Assembly: GCA_964016885.1 (NCBI GenBank)
Contig: OZ024741.1
Span: 396,738,001-396,802,000, forward strand
DNA length: 64,000 nt
Direction of reading: 5' to 3'
DNA from: Eledone cirrhosa
Taxonomy: Eukaryota
Both the position numbers and the translations under genes were made by a program. This document shows positions 23,445-39,200 of this stretch, piece after piece. The notes under the pieces were generated by a model. That model worked only from the letters and a program-made list of their open reading frames with translations, did no database searches and was not told where the DNA came from. The first letter of the stretch is position 1; the number at the start of each line of letters is the position of its first letter.

Positions 23445-23635
23445 GATGCGTGTGGCCTAGTGGTGGTTAGTGTATTGTACTTATGATCATAATGTCGTGG
23501 ATTCGATGTTTCATGTTATGTTCTTGAATAAAACATTTAATTTCACGTTGCCCCAGTATATTCAGCTCAAAATGAGTTCCAGCAATAGCTGGGGACTTAA
23601 ATCTGCGACAGACTGGTGTCCTGTCCAGGGAAACA
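23445..23635 (+). mobile_element. tRNA-derived SINE family B copy
   Basis: TGGCCTAGTGG A-box and GGATTCGAT B-box-like; body matches the reverse complement of 15340-15534 (GACTGG.GTCCTGTCCAGGG). Confidence 0.72.
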
Positions 23636-23809
23636 TCGAACAGCGAGAAGGATCGAACACAGAACCATGTAATTGAAAAGCTTAACGTTTAAGCCACGTT
23701 AAGTGTTAACCTCTTCAATAAGATAAAAACCGTTAAGATTTAGGATTTTATATCGACTCCTTATTGAGTTGAGACTTTCTCTCAAATAACTCTTTAGAAT
23801 TTTAGACAA

Positions 23810-24130
23810 TGCTAGCAACCCAATGAGCAAGGAGAGTCAATTATATCGACCCAAGTATTTTACTGGTTCTATATTTTGTAGATGACGGAAGACTGAAAAG
23901 CTAAGTTGAGATCCACAAGATTTGAACTCAGAACATAAAGTGCCAAAACAACTATTCGTCCAATACTCTAATGATGTTGCTAGTCCACCGCCCTAAACTT
24001 CCTCAAAGGGAAGGAGAAAGTCAATTAAATCGACCCAGTGCATCACTGGTCCTAAATTCGCTGGGATTTGAACTCAGGCAGTAAAGGGCCGTATTATATC
24101 TCGCAAAGCATGTTGTCCGACGCTCGACAG
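23810..24130 (-). mobile_element. Two degenerate SINE family A copies
   Basis: ATCGACCC...ACTGGT and GATTTGAACTCAG motifs each occur twice. Confidence 0.6.
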
Positions 24131-24267
24131 ACACTCCAAACAAACATTCGAAATATACACCAAACTAATGACTGGTGAAAGTATCAAGACGCACCAACTA
24201 CACGAAAAATAGGCAGTAAAATGGTTAATATACTTGGAACACAAAATCTCGTAATATCATTAAAAAA

Positions 24268-27200
24268 AACATTGACATTATATAAACATTATTGTGTAGT
24301 TTCTAATATAAATATTATTATTATGTAGTGTCTAATATAAACATTATTGTGTAGCGTCTAAAATAAACATTATTGTGTAGTTTTCTAATATAAACAAAAC
24401 ATTATTGACACTATATAAACATTATTATGTAGTGTCTAATATAACAATTATTGTCTAGTATCTAATATAAACATTATTATGTAGTGTCTAATATAAATAT
24501 TATTGTGTAGTCTCTAATATAAACATTATTGTGTAATGTCTAATGTAAACATTATTGTGTAGTCTCTAATATAAAAAAGACATTATTGACATTATATAAA
24601 CATTATTGTGTAGTTTCTAATATAAACATTATTGTGTAGTGTCTAATATAAAAATTATTATATAGTGCTAATATAAACATTATTTTGTAGTGCCTAATAT
24701 AAACATTATTGTGTAGTTTCTAATATAAATATTATTATGTAGTGTCTAATATAAATATTATTGTGTCGTCTCTAATATAAACATTATTGTGTAGTGTCTA
24801 ATATAAACATTATTGTGTAGTGTCTAATATAAACATTATTGTGTAGTGTCTAATATAAACATTATTGTGTAGTGTCTAATATAAACATTATTGTGTAGTG
24901 TCTAATATAAACATTATTGTGTAGTGTCTAATATAAATATTATTGTGTAGTATTTAATATAAACATTATTATGTAGCGTCTAATATGAACATTATTGTGT
25001 AGTGTCTAATATAAACATTATTGTGTAGTGTCTAATATAAACATTATTGTGTAGTGTCTAATATAAACATTATTGTGTAGTGTCTAATATAAACATTATT
25101 GTGTAGTGTCTAATATAAATATTATTGTGTAGTGTCTAATATAAACATTATTGTGTAGTGTCTAATATAAACATTATTGTGTAGTGTCTAATATAAACAT
25201 TATTGTGTAGTCTCTAATATAATCATTATTGTGTAGTGTCTAATATAAACATTATTGTGTAGTGTCTAATATAAACATTATTGTGTAGTGTCTAATATAA
25301 ACATTATTGTGTAGTGTCTAATATAAACATTATTGTGTAGCCTCTAATATAAACATTATTGTGTAGTGTCTAATATAAACATTATTGTGTAGTCTCTAAT
25401 ATAAACATTATTATGTAGTGTCTAATATAAACATCATTGTGTAGTCTCTAATATAAACATGATTATGTAGTGTCTAATATAAACATGATTGTGTAGTGAC
25501 TAATATAAACATTATTGTGTAGTGTCTAATATAAACATTATTGTGTAGTGTCTAATATAAACATTATTATGTAGTGTCTAATATAAACATTATTGTGTAG
25601 TGTCTAATATAAACATTATTGTGTAGTGTCTAATATAAACATTATTGTGTAGCTTCTAATATAAACATTATTGTGTAGTGTCTAATATAAACATTATTGT
25701 GTAGTCTCTAATATAAACATTATTATGTAGTGTCTAATATAAACATCATTGTGTAGTCTCTAATATAAACATGATTATGTAGTGTCTAATATAAACATGA
25801 TTGTGTAGTGACTAATATAAACATTATTGTGTAGTGTCTAATATAAACATTATTGTGTAGTGTCTAATATAAACATTATTATGTAGTGCTAATATAAACA
25901 TTATTTTGTAGTGTCTAATACAAACATTATTGTGTAGTGTCTAATATAAACATTATTGTGTAGTGTCTAATATAAACATTATTGTGTAGTGTCTAATATA
26001 AACATTATTACGTAGTGTCTAATATAAACATTATTGTGTAGTGTCTAATATAAACATTATTGTGTAGTGTCTAATATAAACATTATTGTGTAGCGTCTAA
26101 TATAAACAAGACATAATTGACATTATATAAACATTATTATGTAGTGTCTAACATAAACAATATTATGTAGTGTCTAATATAAACATTATTATGTAGTGTC
26201 TAATATAATCATTATTATGTAGTGTCTAATATAATCATTATTGTGTAGTGTTAATATAAACATTATTGTGCAGTGTCTAATATAAACATTATTATGTAGT
26301 GTCTAATATAAACATTATTGTGTAGTCTCTAATATAATCATTATTGTGTAGTGTTTAATATAAACATTATTATGTAGTGTCTAATATAAATATTATTGTG
26401 TAGTTTCTAATATAAACATTATTGTGTAGTATCTAATATAAACATTATTGTGTAGTGTCTAATATAAACATTATTATGTAGTGTCTAATATAAACATTAT
26501 TGTGTAGTGTTTAATATAAACATTATTGTGTAGTGTCTAATATAAACATTATTGTGTAGTGTCTAATATAAACATTATTATGTAGTCTCTAATATAAACA
26601 TTATTATGTAGTGTCTAATATAAACATTATTGTGTAGTGTCTAATATAAACATTATTGTGGAGTCTCTAATATAAACATTATTGTGTAGTGTCTAATGTA
26701 AACATTATTGTGTAGTTTCTAATATTAACATTATTGTGTAGTGTCTAATATAAATATTATTGTGTAGTGTCTAATATAAACATTATGTAGTGTCTAATAT
26801 AAACATTATTGTGTAGTGTCTAATATAAACATTATTGTGTAGTGTCTAATATAAACATTATTGTGTAGTTTCTAATATTAACATTATTGTGTAGTGTCTA
26901 ATATAAATATTATTGTGTAGTGTCTAATATAAATATTATTGTGTAGTGTCTAATATAAACATTATTGTGTAGTGTCTAATATAAACATTATTGTGTAGTG
27001 TCTAATATAAACATTATTATGTAGTGACTAATATAAACAGTATTGTGTAGTGTCTAATATAAACTATATTGTGTAGTGTTTAATATAAACATTATTGTGT
27101 AGTGTCTAATATAAACATTATTCTGTAGTCTCTAATATAAACATTATTGTGTAGTGTCTAATATAAACATTATTGTGTAGTTTCTAATAAAAACATTTTT

Positions 27201-30200
27201 GTGTAGATTCTAATATAAACATTATTATGTAGTGTCTAATATAAACATTATTATGTAGTCTCTAATATAAACATTATTGTGTAGTGTCTAATATAAACAT
27301 TATTGTGTAGTGTCTAATATAAACATAATTATGTAGTCTCTAATATAAACATTATTGTGTAGTGTCTAATATAAACATTATTGTGTAGTGTCTAATATAA
27401 ATATTATTGTGTAGTCTCTAATATAAACATTATTGTGTAGTGTCTAATATAAACATTATTGTGTAGTGTCTAATATAAACATTATTGTGTAGTGTCGAAT
27501 ATAAACATTATTGTGTAGTGTCTAATATAAATATATTTGTGTAGTGTTTAATATAAACATTATTGTGTAGTGTCTAATATAAACATTATTGTGTAGTGTC
27601 TAATATAATCATTATTGTGTAGTATCTAATATAAACTTTATTGTGTAGTGTCTAATATAAACATTATTGTGTAGACTCTAATATAATCATTATTGTGTAG
27701 TGTCTAATATAAACAATATTGTGTAGTGTCTAATATAAACATTATTGTGTAGTGTCTAATATAAACATTATTGTGTAGTGTCTAATATAAACATTATTGT
27801 GTAGTCTCTAATATAAACATTATTGTGTAGTGTCTAATATAAACATTATTGTGTAGTCTCTAATATAAACATTATTATGTAGTGTCTAATATAAACATTA
27901 TTGTGTAGTCTCTAATATAAACATGATTATGTAGTGTCTAATATAAACATTATTGTGTAGTGTCTAATATAAACATTATTGTGTAGTGTCTAATATAAAC
28001 ATTATTGTGTAGTGTCTAATATAAACATTATTGTGTAGTTTCTAATATAAACATTATTATGTAGTGCTAATATAAACATTATTTTGTAGTGTCTAATATA
28101 AACATTATTGTGTAGTGTCTAATATAAACATTAATGTGTAGTGTCTAATATAAACATTATTGTGTAGTGTCTAATATAAACATTATTGTGTAGTGTCTAA
28201 TATAAACAAGACATTATTGACATTATATTAACATTATTATGTAGTGTCTAATATAAATATTATTGTGTAGTTTCTAATATATACATGATTGTGTAGTGTC
28301 TAATATAAACATTATTGTGTAGTGTCTAATATAAACATTATTGTGGAGTCTCTAATATAAACATTATTGTGTAGTGTCTAATGTAAACATTATTGTGTAG
28401 GTTCTAACATTAACATTATTGTGTAGTGTCTAATATAATTATTATTGTGTAGTGCCTAATATAAACATTATGTAGTGTCTAATATAAACATTATTGTGTA
28501 GTGTCTAATATAAACATTATTGTGTAGTATCTAATATAAACATTATTGTGTAGTCTCTAATATAAACATTATTGTGTAGTGTCGAATATAAACATTATTG
28601 TGTAGTGTATAATATAAATATTATTGTGTAGTGTCTAATATAAACATTATTGTGTAGTGTCTAATATAATCATTATTGTGTAGTGTCTAATATAAATATT
28701 ATTGTGTAGTGTCTAATATAAACATTATTGTGTAGTGTCTAATATAAATATTATTGTGTAGTGTCTAACATAAACATTATTGTGTAGTGTCTAATATAAA
28801 CATTATTGTGTAGTGTCTAATATAAACATTATTGTGTAGTGTCTAATATAAACGTTAATATGTAGTGTCTAATATAAACATTATTGTGTAGTGTATAATA
28901 TAAATATTATTGTGTAGTGTCTAATATAAACATTATTATGTAGTATCTAATAGAAACATTATTATTTAGTGTCTAATATAAACATTATTGTGTAGTGTCT
29001 AATATAAACATTATTGTGTAGTGTCTAATATAAACATTATTAAGTAGTGACTAATATAAATAGTATTGTGTAGTGTCTAATATAAACTTTATTGTGTAGT
29101 GTTTAATATAAACATATTTGTGTAGTGTCTAATATAAACATTATTGTGTAGTGTCTAATATAAACAAGACATTATTGACATTATATTAACATTATTATGT
29201 AGTGTCTAATATAAATATTATTGTGTAGTTTCTAATATATACATGATTGTGTAGTGTCTAATATAAACATTATTGTGTAGTGTCTAATATAAACATTATT
29301 GTGTAGTGTTTAATATAAACATTATTGTGTTGTTTCTAATATAAACATTATTGTGTAGTGTCTAATATAAACATTATTATGTAGTCTCTAATATAAACAT
29401 TATTATGTAGTGTCTAATATAAACATTATTGTGTAGTGTCTAATATAAACATTATTGTGGAGTCTCTAATATAAACATTATTGTGTAGTGTCTAATGTAA
29501 ACATTATTGTGTAGGTTCTAACATTAACATTATTGTGTAGTGTCTAATATAATTATTATTGTGTAGTGTCTAATATAAACATTATGTAGTGTCTAATATA
29601 AACATTATTGTGTAGTGTCTAATATAAACATCATTGTGTAGTATCTAATATAAACATTATTGTGTAGTCTCTAATATAAACATTATTGTGTAGCGTCGAA
29701 TATAAACATTATTGTGTAGTGTATAATATAAATATTATTGTGTAGTGTCTAATATAAAGATTATTGTGTAGTGTCTAATATAATCATTATTGTGTAGTGT
29801 CTAATATAAATATTATTGTGTAGTGTCTAATATAAACATTATTGTGTAGTGTCTAATATAAATATTATTGTGTAGTGTCTAACATAAACATTATTGTGTA
29901 GTGTCTAATATAAACATTATTGTGTAGTGTCTAATATAAACATTATTGTGTAGTGTCTAATATAAACATTAATATGTAGTGTCTAATATAAACATTATTG
30001 TGTAGTGTATAATATAAATATTATTGTGTAGTGTCTAATATAAACATTATTATGTAGTATCTAATAGAAACATTATTATTTAGTGTCTAATATAAACATT
30101 ATTGTGTAGTGTCTAATATAAACATTATTGTGTAGTGTCTAATATAAACATTATTAAGTAGTGACTAATATAAATAGTATTGTGTAGTGTCTAACATAAA

Positions 30201-33200
30201 CTTTATTGTGTAGTGTTTAATATAAACATTATTGTGTAGTGTCTACTATAAACATTATTCTGTAGTCTCTAATATAAACATTATTGTGTAGTGTCTAATA
30301 TAAACAAGACATTATTGACACTATATAAACATTATCATGTAGTGTCTAATATAAATATTATTGTGTAGTGTCTAATATAAACATTATTGTGTAGTGTCTA
30401 ATATAAACATTATTATGTAGTTTCTAATATAAACATTATTGTGTAGTGTCTAATATAAACATTATTCTGTAGTGTCTAACATAAACATTATTGTGTAGTG
30501 TCTAATATAAACATTATTGTGTAGTGTCTAATATAAACATTATTGTGTAGTATCTAATATAAACATTATTGTGTAGTCTCTAATATAAACATTATTGTGT
30601 AGTGTCGAATATAAACATTATTGTGTAGTGTATAATATAAATATTATTGTGTAGTGTCTAATATAAACATTATTGTGTAGTGTCTAATATAATCATTATT
30701 GTGTAGTGTCTAATATAAATATTATTGTGTAGTGTCTAATATAAACATTATTGTGTAGTGTCTAATATAAATATTATTGTGTAGTGTCTAACATAAACAT
30801 TATTGTGTAGTGTCTAATATAAACATTATTATGTAGTTTCTAATATAAACATTATTGAGTAGTGACTAATATAAACATTCTTATGTAGTGTCTAATATAA
30901 ACATTATTGTGTAGTGTTTAATATAAACATTATTGTGTAGTCTCTAATATAAACATTATTAAGTAGTGACTAATATAAATAGTATTGTGTAGTGTCTAAC
31001 ATAAACTTTATTGTGTAGTGTTTAATATAAACATTATTGTGTAGTGTCTACTATAAACATTATTCTGTAGTCTCTAATATAAACATTATTGTGTAGTGTC
31101 TAATATAAACAAGACATTATTGACACTATATAAACATTATCATGTAGTGTCTAATATAAATAGTATTGTGTAGTGTCTAATATAAACATTATCGTGTAGT
31201 GTCTAATATAAACATTATTGTGTAGTGTCTAATATAAACATTATTATGTAGTTTCTAATATAAACATTATTGTGTAGTGTCTAATATAAACATTATTCTG
31301 TAGTGTCTAATATAAACATTATTGTGTAGTGTCTAATATAAACATTATTGTGTAGTGTCTAATATAAACATTATTGTGTAGTGTCTAATATAAACATTAT
31401 TATGTAGTTTCTAATATAAACATTATTGAGTAGTGACTAATATAAACATTATTCTGTAGTGTCTAATATAAACATTATGGTGTAGTGTCTAATATAAACA
31501 TTATTGTGTAGTCTCTATTATAAACATTATTGTGTAGTCTCTAATATAAACATTATTGTGTAGTGTCTAATATAAACATTATTGTGTAGTCTCTAATATA
31601 AACATTATTGTGTAGTGTCTAATATAAACATTCTTATGTAGTGTCTAATATAAACATTATTGTGTAGTGTTTAATATAAACATTATTGTGTAGTCTCTAA
31701 TATAAACATTAATGTGTAGTGTCTAATATAAACGTTATTATGTAGTGTTTAATATAACCATTATTGTGTAGTGTTTAGTATAAACATTATTGTGTAGTGT
31801 CTAATATAAACATTATTGTGTAGTGTCTAATATAAACATTATTGTGTAGTCTCAAATATAAACATTATTGGGTAGTGTTTAATATAAACATTATTGTGTA
31901 GTGTCTAATATAAACATTATTGTGTAGTGTCTAATATAAACATTATTATGTAGTTTCTAATAAATACAATATTGTGTAGTGTCTAATATAAACATTATTT
32001 TGTAGTGTCTAATATAAACATTATTATGTAGTTTCTAATATAAACATTATTGTGTAGTGTCTAATATAAACATTATTCTGTAGTGTCTAATATAAACATT
32101 ATTGTGTAGTCTCTAATATAAACATTATTGTGTAGTGTCTAATATAAATATTATTGTGTAGTGTCTAATATAAACATTATTGTGTAGTCTCTAATATAAA
32201 CATGATTATGTAGTGTCTAATATAAACATTATTGTGTAGTGTCTAATATAAACATTATTGTGTAGTGTCTAATATAAACATTATTGTGTAGTGTCTAATA
32301 TAAACATTATTGTGTAGTGTCTAATATAAACATTATTATGTAGTGCTAATATAAACATTATTTTGTAGTGTCTAATATAAACATTATTGTGTAGTGTCTA
32401 ATATAAACATTATTGTGTAGTGTCTAATATAAACATTATTGTGTAGTGCCTAATATAAACATTATTATGTAGTGTCTAATATAAACATTATTGTGTAGTG
32501 TCTAATACAAACATTATTGTGTAGCGTCTAATATAAACAAGACATTATTGACATTATATAAACATTATTATGTTGTGTCTAACATAAACATTATTATATA
32601 GTGTCTAATATAAACATTATTGTGTAGTCTCTAATATAATCGTTATTGTGTAGTGTTTAATATAAACATTATTATGTAGCGTCTAATATAAATATTATTG
32701 TGTAGTTTCTAATATATACATTATTGTGTAGTGTCTAATATAAACATTATTGTGTAGTGTCTAATATAAATATTATTATGTAGTGTCTAATATAAACATT
32801 ATTGTGTAGTGTTTAATATAAACATTATTGTGTAGTGTCTAATATAAACATTATTGTGTAGTGTCTAATATAAACATTATCATGTAGTCTCTAATATAAA
32901 CATTATTATGTAGTGTCTAATATAAACATTATTGTGTAGTGTCTAATATAAACATTATTGTGGAGTCTCTAATATAAACATTATTGTGTAGTGTCTAATG
33001 TAAACATTATTGTGTAGTTTCTAATATTAACATTATTGTGTAGTGTCTAATATAATTATTATTGTGTAGTGTCTAATATAAACATTATGTAGCGTCTAAT
33101 ATAAACATTATTGTGTAGGGTCTAATATAAACATTATTGTGTAGTATCTAATATAAACATTATTGTGTAGTCTCTAATAAAAAACATTATTGTGTATTGT

Positions 33201-36200
33201 CTAATATAAACATTATTGTGTAGTGTATAATATAAATATTATTGTGTAGTGTCTAATATAAACATTATTGTGTAGTGTCTAATATAATCATTATTGTGTA
33301 GTGTCAAATATAAATATTATTGTGTAGTGTCTAATATAAACATTATTGTGTAGTGTCTAATATAAATATTATTGTGTAGTGTCTAACATAAACATTATTG
33401 TGTAGTGTCTAATATAAACATTATTGTGTAGTGTCTAATATAAACATTAATATGTAGTGTCTAATATATACATTATTGTGTAGTGTATATTATAAATATT
33501 ATTGTGTAGTGTCTAATATAAACATTATTATGTAGTATCTAATAGAAACATTATTATTTAGTGTCTAATATAAACATTATTGTGTAGTATCTAATATAAA
33601 CATTCTTGTGTAGTGTCTAATATAAACATTATTATGTAGTGACTAATATAAATAGTATTGTGTAGTGTCTAATATAAACTTTATTGTGTAGTGTTTAATA
33701 TAAACATTATTGTGTAGTGTCTAATATAAACATTATTATGTAGTGTCTAATATAAACATTATTGTGTAGTGTTTAATATAAACATTATTGTGTAGTGTTT
33801 AATATAAACATTATTGTGTAGTGTCTAATATAAACATTATTGTGTAGTCTCTAATATAAACATTATTGTGTAGTCTCTAATATAAACATTATTGTGTAGT
33901 GTCTAATATAAACGTTATTATGTAGTGTCTAATATAAACATTATTGTGTAGTGTTTAATATAAACATTATTGTGTAGTGTCTAACATAAACATTATTGTG
34001 GAGTCTCTAATATAAACATTATTGTGTAGTTTCTAATATTAACATTATTGTGTAGTGTCTAATATAATTATTATTGTGTAGTGACTAATATAAACATTAT
34101 GTAGTGTCTAATATAAACATTATTGTGTAGTGTCTAATATAAACATTATTGTGTAGTGTCTAATATAAACATTATTGTGTAGTGTCTAATATAAACATTA
34201 TTGTGTAGTGTCTAATATAAACATTATTATGTAGTGCTAATATTAACATTATTTTGTAGTGTCTAATATAAACATTATTGTGTAGTGTCTAATATAAACA
34301 TTATTGTGTAGTGTCTAATATAAACATTATTGTGTAGTGTCTAATATAAACATTATTATGTAGTGTCTAATATAAACATTATTGTGTAGTGTCTAATATA
34401 AACATTATTGTGTAGCGTCTAATATAAACAAGACATTATTGACATTATATAAACATTATTATGTTGTGTCTAACATAAACATTATTATGTAGTGTCTAAT
34501 ATAAACATTATTGTGTAGTCTCTAATATAATTATTATTGTGTAGTGTTTAATATAAACATTATTATGTAGTGTCTAATATAAAAATTATTGTGTAGTGTC
34601 TAATATAATCATTATTGTGTAGTGTCTAATATAAATATTATTGTGTAGTGTCTAATATAAACATTATTGTGTAGTGTCTAATATAAATATTATTGTGTAG
34701 TGTCTAATATAAACATTATTGTGTAGTGTCTAATATAAACATTATTGTGTAGTGTTTAATATAAACATTACTGTGTAGTCTCTAACATAAACATTATTAT
34801 GTAGTGTCTAATATAAACATTATTGTGTAGTGCCTAATATAAACATTATTGTGTAATGTCTAATGTAAACATTATTGTGTAGTGTCTAATATAAACATTA
34901 TTGTGTAGTGTCTAATATAAACATTATCGTGTAGTGTCTAATATATACATTATTGTGTAGTGTCTAATATAAACATTATTGTGTAGTGTCTAATATAAAC
35001 ATTATTGTGTAGCGTCTAATATAAACAAGACATTATTGACATTATATAAACATTATTACGTAGTGTCTAACATAAACATTTTTATGTAGTGTCCAATATA
35101 AACATTATTGTGTCGTCTCTAATATAATCATTATTGTGTAGTGTTTAATATAAACATTATTATGTAGTGTCTAATATAAATATTATTGTGTAGTTTCTAA
35201 TATAAATATTATTGTGTAGTGTCTAACATAAACATTATTGTGTAGTGTCTAATATAAACATTATTATGTAGTGTCTAATATAAACATTATTGTGTAGTGT
35301 TAAATATAAACATTATTGTGTAGTGTCTAACATAAACATTATTGTGTAGTGTCTAATATAAACATTATTATGTAGTCTCTAATATAAACATTATTATGTA
35401 GTGTCTAATATAAACATTATTGTGTAGTGTCTTATGTAAACATTATCGTGTAGTTTCTAATATTAACATTATTGTGTAGTGTCTAATATAATTATTATTG
35501 TGTAGTGTCTAATATAAACATTATGTAGTATCTAATATAAACATTATTGTGTAGGGTCTAATATAAACATTATTGTGTAGTATCTAACATTAACATTATT
35601 GTGTAGTCTCTAATATAAACATTATTGTGTAGTGTCTAATATAAACATTATTGTGAAGGGTATAATATAAATATTATTGTGTAGTGTCTAATATAAAAAT
35701 TATTGTGTAGTGTCTAATATAATCATTATTGTGTAGTGTCTAATATAAATATTATTGTGTAGTGTCTAATATAAACATTATTGTGTAGTGTCTAATATAA
35801 ATATTATTGTGTAGTGTCTAATATAAACATTATTGTGTAGTGTCTAATATAAACTTTATTGTGTAGTGTTTAATATAAACATTATTGTGTAGTGTCTAAT
35901 ATAAACATTATTCTGTAGTCTCTGATATAAACATTATTGTGTAGTGTCTAATATAAACAAGACATTATTGACACTATATAAACATTATCATGTAGTGTCT
36001 AATATAAACATTATTGTGTAGTGTCTAATATAAACATCATTGTGTAGTGTCTAATATAAACATTATTGTGTAGTGTCTAATATAAACACTATTATGTAGT
36101 TTCTAATATAAACATTATTGTGTAGTGTCTAATATAAACATTATTCTGTAGTGTCTAATATAAACATTATTGTGTAGTGTCTAATATAAACATTATTGTG

Positions 36201-39200
36201 TAGTGTCTAATATAAACATTATTATGTAGTTTCTAATATAAACATTATTGTGTAATGTCTAATATAAACATTATTCTGTAGTGTCTAATATAAACATTAT
36301 TGTGTAGTGTCTAATATAAACATTATTGTGTAGTCTCTATTATAAACATTATTATGTAGTGTTTAATATAAACATTATTGTGTAGTGTTTAATATAAACA
36401 TTATTGTGTAGTGTCTAATATAAACATTATTGTGTAGTCTCTAATATAAACATTATTGTGTAGTGTCTAATATAAACATTATTATGTAGTGTCTAATATA
36501 AACATTATTGTGTAGTGTTTAATATAAACATTATTGTGTAGTGTCTAATATAAACATTATTGTGTAGTGTCTAATATAAACATTATTGTGTAGTGTCTAA
36601 TATAAACATTACTGTGTAGTGTTTAACATAAACATTATTGTGTAGTGTCTAATATAAACATTATTGTGTAGTCTCTAATATAAACATTATTATGTAGTTT
36701 CTAATATAAACATTATGATGTAGTGTATAATATAAACATTATTATGTAGTGTCTAATATAAACATTATTGTGTAGTGACTAATATAAACATTATTGTGTA
36801 GTGTCTAATATACACATTATTATGTAGTGTCTAATATAAACATTATTGTGTAGTGTCTAATATAAAACATTATTGTGTAGTATCTAATATAAACATTATT
36901 GTGTAAACTCTAATATAAACATTATTATGTAGTGTCTAATATAAACATTATTGTGTAGTGTCTAATATAAACATTATTGTGTAGTGTCTAATATAAACAT
37001 TATTGTGTAGTGTTTAATGTAAACATTATTGTGTAGTGTTTAATATAAACATTATTGTGTAGTGTCTAATATAAACATTATTGTGTAGTGTCTAATATAA
37101 ACATTATTATGTAGTGTCTAATATAAACATTATTGTGTAGTGTCTAAAATAAACATTATTGTGTAGTGTTTAATATAAACATTATTGTGTAGTCTCTAAT
37201 ATAAACATTATTATGTAGTGTCTAATATAAACATTATTATGTAGTGTCTAATATAAACATTATTGTGTAGTGTTTAATATAAACATTATTGTGTAGTCCC
37301 TAATATAAACATTATTATGTAGTGTCTAATATAAACATTATTGTGTAGTGTCTAATATAAATATTATTCTGTAGTGTCTAATATAAACATTATTATGTAG
37401 TCTCTAATATAAACATTATTGTGTAGTCTTTAATATAAACATTATAGTGTAGTGTCTAATATAAACATTATTATGTAGTTTCTAATATAAACATTATTGT
37501 GTAGTGTCTAATATAAACATTATTGTGTAGTGTCTAATATAAACATTATTATGTAGTCTCTAATATAAACATTATTGTGTAGTCTCTAATATAAACATTA
37601 TTATGTAGTGTCTAATATAAACATAATTGTGTAGCGTCTAATATAAACATTATTGTGTAGTGTCTAATAAAAACATTATTATGTAGTGTCTAATATAAAC
37701 ATTATTGTGTAGTGTCTAATATAAACATTATTGTAGTGTCTAATATAAACATTATTGTGTAGTGTCAATATAAACATTATTGTGTAGCGTCTAATATAAA
37801 CATTATTGTGTAGTGTCTAATATAAACATTATTGTGTAGTGTCTAATATAAACATTATTGTGTAGCGTCTAATAAAAACATTATTGTGTAGTGTCTAATA
37901 TAAACATTATTATGTTATGTCTAATATAAACATTATTGTGTAGTGTTTAATATAAACATTATTGTGTAGTGTCTAATATAAACATTATTATGTAGCGTCT
38001 AATATAAACATTATTATGTAGTGTCTAATATAAACATTATTATGTAGTGTCTAATATAAACATTATTGTGTAGTGTCTAATATAAACATTATTGTGTAGT
38101 GTCTAATATAAACATTATTGTGTAGTGTCTAATATAAACATTATTGTGTAGTCTCTATTATAAACATTATTATGTAGTGTTTAATATAAACATTATTGTG
38201 TAGTGTTTAATATAAACATTATTGTGTAGTGTCTAATATAAACATTATTGTGTAGTCTCTAATATAAACATTATTGTGTAGTGCCTAATATAAACATTAT
38301 TATGTAGTGTCTAATATAAACACTATTGTGTAGTGTTTAATATAAACATTATTGTGTAGTGTCTAATATAAACATTATTGTGTAGTGTCTAATATAAACA
38401 TTATTGTGTAATCTCTAATATTAACATTATTGTGAAGTTTCTAATATAAACATTATTGTATAGTGTCTAATATAAACATTATTGTGTAGTGTCTAATATA
38501 AACATTATTATGTAGTGTCTAATATAAACATTATTGTGTAGTGTCTATTATAAACATTGTTGTGTAATCTCTAATATAAACATTATTATGTAGTATCTAA
38601 TATAAACATTATTATGTAGTGTCTAATATATACATTATTGTGTAGTGTTTAATATAAACATTATTGTGTAGTGTCTAATATAAACATTATTGTGTAGTGT
38701 CTAATATAAACATTATTGTGTAGTGTCTAATATAAACATTATTATGTAGTGCTAATATAAACATTATTTTATAGTGTCTAATATAAACATTATTCTGTAG
38801 TGTCTAATATAAACATTATTGTGTAGTGTCTAATATAAACATTATTGTGTAGTCTCTATTATAAACATTATTATGTAGTGTTTAATATAAACATTATTGT
38901 GTAGTGTTTAATATAAACATTATTGTGTAGTGTCTAATATAAACATTATTGTGTAGTCACTAATATAAACATTATTGTGTAGTGTCTAATATAAACATTA
39001 TTATGTAGTGTCTAATATAAACATTATTGTGTAGTGTTTAATATAAACATTATTGTGTAGTGTCTAATATAAACATTATTATGTAGTGTCTAATATAAAC
39101 ATTATTGTGTAGTGTTTAATATAAACATTATTGTGTAGTGTCTAATATAAACATTATTGTGTAGTGTCTAATATAAACATTATTGTGCAGTGTCTAATAT

